Shown one piece after another: positions 58,582 to 64,000 of a stretch of DNA of 64,000 nucleotides. The notes beneath the pieces were generated by a model, which searched no databases, was not told the DNA's origin, and saw only the letters and a program-made list of their open reading frames with translations. Within the stretch, counting starts at the first letter, position 1; each line of letters opens with the position of its first letter. Both the position numbers and the translations under genes were made by a program. The DNA is taken from positions 5,184,001 to 5,248,000 of the forward strand of contig OZ242029.1 in the NCBI GenBank assembly GCA_965205015.1, read 5' to 3'. The stretch comes from Candidatus Poribacteria bacterium (GTDB lineage: Bacteria > Poribacteria > WGA-4E > WGA-3G).

Positions 58582-59550
58582 CTATAAATTGAACAATTTT
58601 ATGGCGTTTTCACTGAAAATTCGCGCTTTATCTGTTTCAGGGATCGGCATCTCCTCAATTAAACCGACAAATCGCGGCATATCCACCCACGGATGGTCTG
58701 TTCCGAACAGCAAGCGGTCTGCGCCGGAATACGCATAAGCATATTGCAGTGATTGCACCGATGGTGACACAGTGTCCAGATAGATACGTCGCAGATACGC
58801 GCTCGGCGGTTGTGTTATATTTTCTCTGGCTCTCCCTAAAACTTCCGTCTGATGGTCAATTCTACCGCTCATATAGGGAAGGATACCGCCAATGTGCGGC
58901 ATCACGATTTGCAGATCAGGGTGACGTTCGAGAATCCCGCTCAGAATCAATCGCAACAACGCGAAACTGTTGTCCACCTGTAATCCCATCATACCGATCA
59001 TCCAGTGGTCTTTGATCGCTTCACCCCACGTCGGGACCGTCGGATGCATCACAATCGGCATCTGCAGTGTTTCGGCGTGTGTATAGACGGGTTCAAATTG
59101 CGGGGCATCAACAGGTTTCCCGCCGATATGGGAATAGAGCATGATCCCCCGAAAACCGAGTCCCTTCACCCGATCCATTTCTGTGATCGCTTCATCTATG
59201 TTTTGCCACGGCAAGCATGCCAATCCTGCGAATCGCTGTGGATGCGCGTCCACAAGTTCAGCGATGGCATTGTTGATCGCTTGCGCGCCCTTGTCCCCTA
59301 ATTCAGGTGCGAGCATGCAGGGCGGCGGTATATTGGTACTGAGCAGTGCCATGTCGACCCCCGCCTCATCCATATCTTTAAGTTTTCGCTTCGGATCGTA
59401 GGCTTCATCTTGTAGCCGGAATGTTTGGACATCGCCGTACGTAACGACAGCCTCGTTCCCACGGCGAATCACTTGCGGTGGGTGTGGGTTCTGCGCGAGG
59501 ATTTCGGTATAAGCGTTTGGAAATATGTGGCTCTGACAATCGATTCGCAT
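58582..59550 (-). CDS. Amidohydrolase_2 family (ACMSD-like)
   Basis: IDCQSH, MHP, PHIGG, LLFGTDHP. Confidence 0.88.
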   Translation of the reverse strand: MRIDCQSHIFPNAYTEILAQNPHPPQVIRRGNEAVVTYGDVQTFRLQDEAYDPKRKLKDMDEAGVDMALLSTNIPPPCMLAPELGDKGAQAINNAIAELVDAHPQRFAGLACLPWQNIDEAITEMDRVKGLGFRGIMLYSHIGGKPVDAPQFEPVYTHAETLQMPIVMHPTVPTWGEAIKDHWMIGMMGLQVDNSFALLRLILSGILERHPDLQIVMPHIGGILPYMSGRIDHQTEVLGRARENITQPPSAYLRRIYLDTVSPSVQSLQYAYAYSGADRLLFGTDHPWVDMPRFVGLIEEMPIPETDKARIFSENAIKLFNL

Positions 59551-59683
59551 TTTTTCAGTTAAAGATGTTTTATTTTTCTCAGGACTTACGCGGTTTCCTT
59601 GCTGGCGAGGTTTCCGAACCTCGCCTCTTTAGCATAGTATGCCATGTCTGACGCTTTTTTATCAAGCAATCTTTTTTAAATTA

Positions 59684-59712
59684 TTGCGATTCGAGACCTC
59701 TTGTGCTATCAT
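59684..59712 (+). promoter_or_regulatory. sigma70-type promoter
   Basis: TTGCGA-17-TATCAT with extended TG. Confidence 0.5.
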
Positions 59713-59776
59713 CTAAGATATAAAAACCACTTGCCAATCAAACCTATGATGTGAGGAAGCGAGGAGCGGAAAGTCC

Positions 59777-62700
59777 ATGAAAGACTGGAAAATCTTTATT
59801 ATCTTTACCTGTCTATTGATACCTATTTTCGGAAGTTATCAAAGTGCCGATGCACAGGAAAATCTCGCCCAACAGGTGTATGCAATCTTTGAGCGAAACT
59901 GCCTCAACTGCCATGGAGAACACGGCGCGTTTACTGAAGAAATCATTATTGAGCACACAGCACTCATCGAAACAGGCGCAGTTGTTCCGGGAAGACCGAT
60001 TGAATCTGAACTCTATAAGCGACTCCGCACAAACGATCCAGCGAAACGGATGCCGTTGGGTCAACCGAAACTTCCCACCGCTGCGATTCTGACGATTGGC
60101 AACTGGATTCAAGCCGGTGCGCCGGATTGGCAGACCCCAGAACGAGACACCGCCTTCATCACACCCACCGAAATGCTTGAGACGATTGAGACGCATATCA
60201 CCTCGTTGGCACCGTTTGACCGCACCTTCGCCCGCTATTTTACAATGACACATCTCTATAACGCAGGTGAGAGTGGGGAAGCACTCCACGCCTATCAACG
60301 GGCACTCTCGAAACTCGTCAATAGTCTTTCGTGGGGACGCGAGGTTATCAGACCTCAGCCTATTGATCCAGAAGAAACGATCTTCTATATTGACCTCCGA
60401 GATTATGAATGGGAGATCGGAACCAATCGATGGACGCAGATTGAACAGGTGTATCTGTATAGTATTGAGTTTGATGCACCGACACAAACGACTCTCCGTG
60501 AAAAATTAACAAACCTGCGCGAAGCGATGAATTGTGAGGTGCCGTTCGTTCATGTGGATTGGTTTATCGCCACTGCCTCCTTGCCACCCCTCTATCACGA
60601 CATCTTGGACCTTCCACAGACGGATCGGGAGTTAGAGGCAAGACTTGAAGTGAATGTGGTCGAAAATATTCGCAACGCTCCAGGGAAGCGCGTCTGGCGA
60701 GCCGGTTTCAATGATTCTGGCGTGTCGGCAAACAACCGTGTTGTTGAACGGCATAGGTCTCGGTATGGAGCATATTGGAAAAGTTACGACTTTGCTGGAA
60801 GTGTAGGAACGCAGCATATCTTTACGCATCCGCTCTCTTTTGAACACGATGGTGGTGAGATCATCTTCAACCTTCCCAACGGGTTACAGGCATACTATTT
60901 AGTAGATGCTGGTGGTAATCGTCTGAATGCAGCACCGATAAACATTGTTTCCAACCCCGCTGCAAGCGATCCGACTGTCCGCAATGGACTTTCTTGCATC
61001 GGATGTCATACAGAGGGTATGAAGGTATTTGAAGATGAGGTGCGGGGTGTTGTTGAACAGAATCCGAACCCGCCTTATGACAAAGCGCGGGCATTGCGTC
61101 TTTACACGGAACAAGGGACAATGAAGGCACTTGTGGCGGAGGATACGCAACGTTATCGTCAGGCACTTGAAGCAGCAGGCGATATATTTGGTGGGATTGA
61201 ACCCATTCAGCGATTCCACGAAGCATTCCAAGGTCCGGTAGATGCAACACATGCAGCAGCAGCAGTAGGTTTAGAAACAGAAGACTTTCTCGAAAAGGTT
61301 CGCGAGAATGTGAGTCTAAAGAACTTAGGGTTAGCGGTGCTGACGGGGGCGAGTGGGAGTGTGAAACGGGATACTTGGACATCGAATTTCGGTGAAATAG
61401 TTACAATGCTGAACTCTCCTGACAATAATGTAGTGAAACCTGTTGTGCCTCGGACAGAACGTATCCCTGGTGCTTCTGTTCATATCCCGGACCCGAATCT
61501 TCGCGATGCAATTGCAGAGGCACTCGGTAAAGCACCGAGGTCCCCCATTACAGTTGCGGAGATGGCAACATTAGAACGTCTTTACGCAAGCGAGATGGGC
61601 ATTAGGGATTTGACGGGACTTGAATTTGCAACAAGTCTGAGAGTTTTACTTATTAATCATAATTTGATGCCCGACCTCTCTCCGCTTGCCGGATTAACCC
61701 AACTGCGTCAGTTACGGATGGCAGAGAATAAGATTTCGGATATTTCACCACTTACAGAACTAAAAAATTTAGGGGCACTCGAAATATATGAGAATGAAAT
61801 ATCGGACATCTCACCACTGGCAGGATTGACAAACTTACATTGGTTATCTATGTATAAGAACCCAGTCTCAGACATCTCACCACTGGCAAGTTTAAAAGGT
61901 CTCCGTGGGATAAGGGTGAGTGTTAAAGAGGGAGGCAACCTATCACCTCTCGCAGAATTAATCAACTTGGAGAATATTTACTACTGGGGTTCGGGCGATC
62001 CTGTTCCTGATTTATCCCCTCTAACGAACTTACCAAAACTAATAAAGATAGATATTCGGGGTGGTGGTAAAGTGGACGTATCACCTTTAGCAGGATTGAC
62101 AGCTGTGAAAGAACTATGGCTACACGAATGCGGAATCTCGGACCTCTCATTTTTAGAGAAACTAACCGGCTTGGAACAATTACATCTGACACGCAACAAC
62201 ATCTCAGATGTATCACCTTTAGCAACATTAACCCATCTGAAATCGATAGATCTTAGGGAAAACCAGATATCCGACTTTTCACCTTTGTCAGGGTTAGCCG
62301 AGACTGCCGCTATCTCTCGGGTATTTAACCCAGGATCCCCAAAAGGTGGACCTAAAATAGAAGGACCTTGGTTATGGGTGACGGTGCCAGGGGAACGCCT
62401 TACAGACAGTCCGGATTTGTTGGCAGAAGCCAGTGGCGGTATTGTAACAGAAGATCGTCTTGCCACTTTCGGGGCATCGGAAGGAATATTTGTCGGAAAC
62501 AATGTATGGACACAGCACAGGATACCTCCCGATGGACGTAATAATATCAATCAAATGTTGGAATCCAGTGGTATCGAGCCAAATGAGAACAATCGGGTTG
62601 TCTATGGTTCTATTATGTTGAATTCACCGCGCAAACAGGACACGAATATGTTTGTCGGGAGTGATGATGCTGTCAAAATCTGGCTTAATAGCGATTTGGT

Positions 62701-63922
62701 TCACAAGGAACTTGTTTGGTTTGACGGTATTCACGATTATCAGGATTTTTTACCTGTGAGCCTAAAGAAAGGTGCAAATGTTCTGTTAGTCGCGATTGAC
62801 AACCGCAGCGGTAATGAGTGGAGCGGATTTTTCGGTTTTGAAGAGGGCACGGCGTATACGGTGTTACCTTTTAATAACAGACTTTTTCTTTCTACAGATA
62901 CTACGCGCGTCCACATTGACGATACTTTCATCCTTCATATCAACCCCCAAGATGTCACCGATTTAGCGGGATGGCAATCCGATATTGTCTTCGATCCAAC
63001 TGTGCTTGAAGTGATTTCGGTGAACGAAGGTGATTTCCTAAAGCAAGAAGGTGAAACAACCTTCTTCCAGAAAGGAACTATTGACAATGAAGTTGGTAAA
63101 ATCAGAGGTATTAGTTCAATAAGGCTCAATGGAGAGGGAGTCAGTGGCACAGGGACGCTGCTTTCGGTGGCCTTCTCAGCCAAGGCGATTGGTGAAAGTC
63201 GGTTGACGCTAAATAACTTCCAGTTCGGTTCCAGTACCGGAGAGATTATCCCTATTCAACTGTTGGAAATTGCTATCAATGTAAAGGGGCAACGCGCAGT
63301 TGGTGATGTGAATCAAGATGGACAGGTAAGTATCTTGGATATGATCTTAATTGCCCAACAGTTAGGAAAAAAGGTGCCTCCCCATTCTGCAGTTGATGTG
63401 AATGGTGATGGAACCATCAGTATCTTGGACCTCATCCTCGTAGCGCAGCATCTCGGTGAGTCAACTGCCGCAGCTGTGCCTTCCATGTTTGCTATGGAGG
63501 ACATAGAAGGATTGAATCCCATGATGATCCAGGCATGGATAGAACAAGCACAAATTGAAAATGACGGTTCCATTGTCTTCCAACAAGGCATTGCTTACCT
63601 TCAAAGTCTTTTAGCCTCGCTAATTCCAGAAGAGACAGCACTGCTGCCGAACTATCCCAACCCGTTCAACCCAGAGACATGGATACCCTATCAACTCTCT
63701 GAACCTGCGGAGGTCACGTTGCGTATTTATACTGTAAATGGTATCTTAGTTCGGACGTTGGCGTTGGGACATACACCTGTCGGTATCTATCAGAGCCGCA
63801 GCCGTGCGGCGTATTGGGATGGCAAAAATGATGTCGGTGAACCTGTGGCGAGCGGTCTCTATTTCTACACCCTCACCGCAGGCGATTTCACCGCAACGCG
63901 GAAACTGCTAATCCGGAAATAG
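59777..63922 (+). CDS. Secreted multidomain protein: c-type heme domains, internalin-like LRR, beta domain, cohesin-like, dockerin/EF-hand, C-terminal FlgD-Ig-like domain
   Basis: Signal peptide; CLNCH and CIGCH; ISDISPL repeats; DLAGWQSDI...GTLL; DVNQDG/DVNGDG; NYPNPFNPETWIPYQL. Confidence 0.9.
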   Translation: MKDWKIFIIFTCLLIPIFGSYQSADAQENLAQQVYAIFERNCLNCHGEHGAFTEEIIIEHTALIETGAVVPGRPIESELYKRLRTNDPAKRMPLGQPKLPTAAILTIGNWIQAGAPDWQTPERDTAFITPTEMLETIETHITSLAPFDRTFARYFTMTHLYNAGESGEALHAYQRALSKLVNSLSWGREVIRPQPIDPEETIFYIDLRDYEWEIGTNRWTQIEQVYLYSIEFDAPTQTTLREKLTNLREAMNCEVPFVHVDWFIATASLPPLYHDILDLPQTDRELEARLEVNVVENIRNAPGKRVWRAGFNDSGVSANNRVVERHRSRYGAYWKSYDFAGSVGTQHIFTHPLSFEHDGGEIIFNLPNGLQAYYLVDAGGNRLNAAPINIVSNPAASDPTVRNGLSCIGCHTEGMKVFEDEVRGVVEQNPNPPYDKARALRLYTEQGTMKALVAEDTQRYRQALEAAGDIFGGIEPIQRFHEAFQGPVDATHAAAAVGLETEDFLEKVRENVSLKNLGLAVLTGASGSVKRDTWTSNFGEIVTMLNSPDNNVVKPVVPRTERIPGASVHIPDPNLRDAIAEALGKAPRSPITVAEMATLERLYASEMGIRDLTGLEFATSLRVLLINHNLMPDLSPLAGLTQLRQLRMAENKISDISPLTELKNLGALEIYENEISDISPLAGLTNLHWLSMYKNPVSDISPLASLKGLRGIRVSVKEGGNLSPLAELINLENIYYWGSGDPVPDLSPLTNLPKLIKIDIRGGGKVDVSPLAGLTAVKELWLHECGISDLSFLEKLTGLEQLHLTRNNISDVSPLATLTHLKSIDLRENQISDFSPLSGLAETAAISRVFNPGSPKGGPKIEGPWLWVTVPGERLTDSPDLLAEASGGIVTEDRLATFGASEGIFVGNNVWTQHRIPPDGRNNINQMLESSGIEPNENNRVVYGSIMLNSPRKQDTNMFVGSDDAVKIWLNSDLVHKELVWFDGIHDYQDFLPVSLKKGANVLLVAIDNRSGNEWSGFFGFEEGTAYTVLPFNNRLFLSTDTTRVHIDDTFILHINPQDVTDLAGWQSDIVFDPTVLEVISVNEGDFLKQEGETTFFQKGTIDNEVGKIRGISSIRLNGEGVSGTGTLLSVAFSAKAIGESRLTLNNFQFGSSTGEIIPIQLLEIAINVKGQRAVGDVNQDGQVSILDMILIAQQLGKKVPPHSAVDVNGDGTISILDLILVAQHLGESTAAAVPSMFAMEDIEGLNPMMIQAWIEQAQIENDGSIVFQQGIAYLQSLLASLIPEETALLPNYPNPFNPETWIPYQLSEPAEVTLRIYTVNGILVRTLALGHTPVGIYQSRSRAAYWDGKNDVGEPVASGLYFYTLTAGDFTATRKLLIRK

Positions 63923-64000
63923 TATCAAATGGTGTGCTCTATCAAGTAATGTTAGAATATCGGTTTGATTCCGATTCGGTGAGACACACACCGTCCCATA

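Overview
A ~50% GC bacterial window. The gene content suggests Candidatus Poribacteria or a related sponge symbiont (inference): secreted WD40/TPR/LRR proteins, several PhyH dioxygenases, a DUF6785/6784-type membrane protein, and a protein ending in the NYPNPFNPETWIPYQL C-terminal domain. Bases 1-9 kb are accessory: two internally deleted toxin genes (Rpn and RelE/Gp49-like), MITE/REP composites and repeat proteins. Bases 9-47 kb are mostly housekeeping: tyrA-cmk-plsC, ychF, leuB, rpsF-ssb-rpsR-rplI-dnaB, mlaEFD, radA-PIN/TRAM-ispDF-cysS, dprA-tsaD-tsaC and guaB. Bases 47-64 kb hold orphan nuoI, an MT-A70 methyltransferase, a 928-aa unknown protein, an LDH-like pseudoenzyme, xdhC, a PIN toxin-antitoxin pair, PhyH genes and a large cytochrome c-LRR-cohesin-dockerin protein. 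No rRNA, tRNA, CRISPR array or intact transposase was recognised. The most unusual signals are three. (i) A dispersed, sense-oriented leader element ending CCGCAAGGTAAAATTAAAA that abuts start codons, carries a variable and apparently invertible loop cassette, and in one copy supplies the N-terminus of TsaC. (ii) Palindromic REP-like segments inside cysS and tsaD that keep the reading frame. (iii) A GuaB with altered flap residues (RY to RS, PEG to PRG) behind tandem promoters with structured leaders. All calls were made by eye; no database searches were run.
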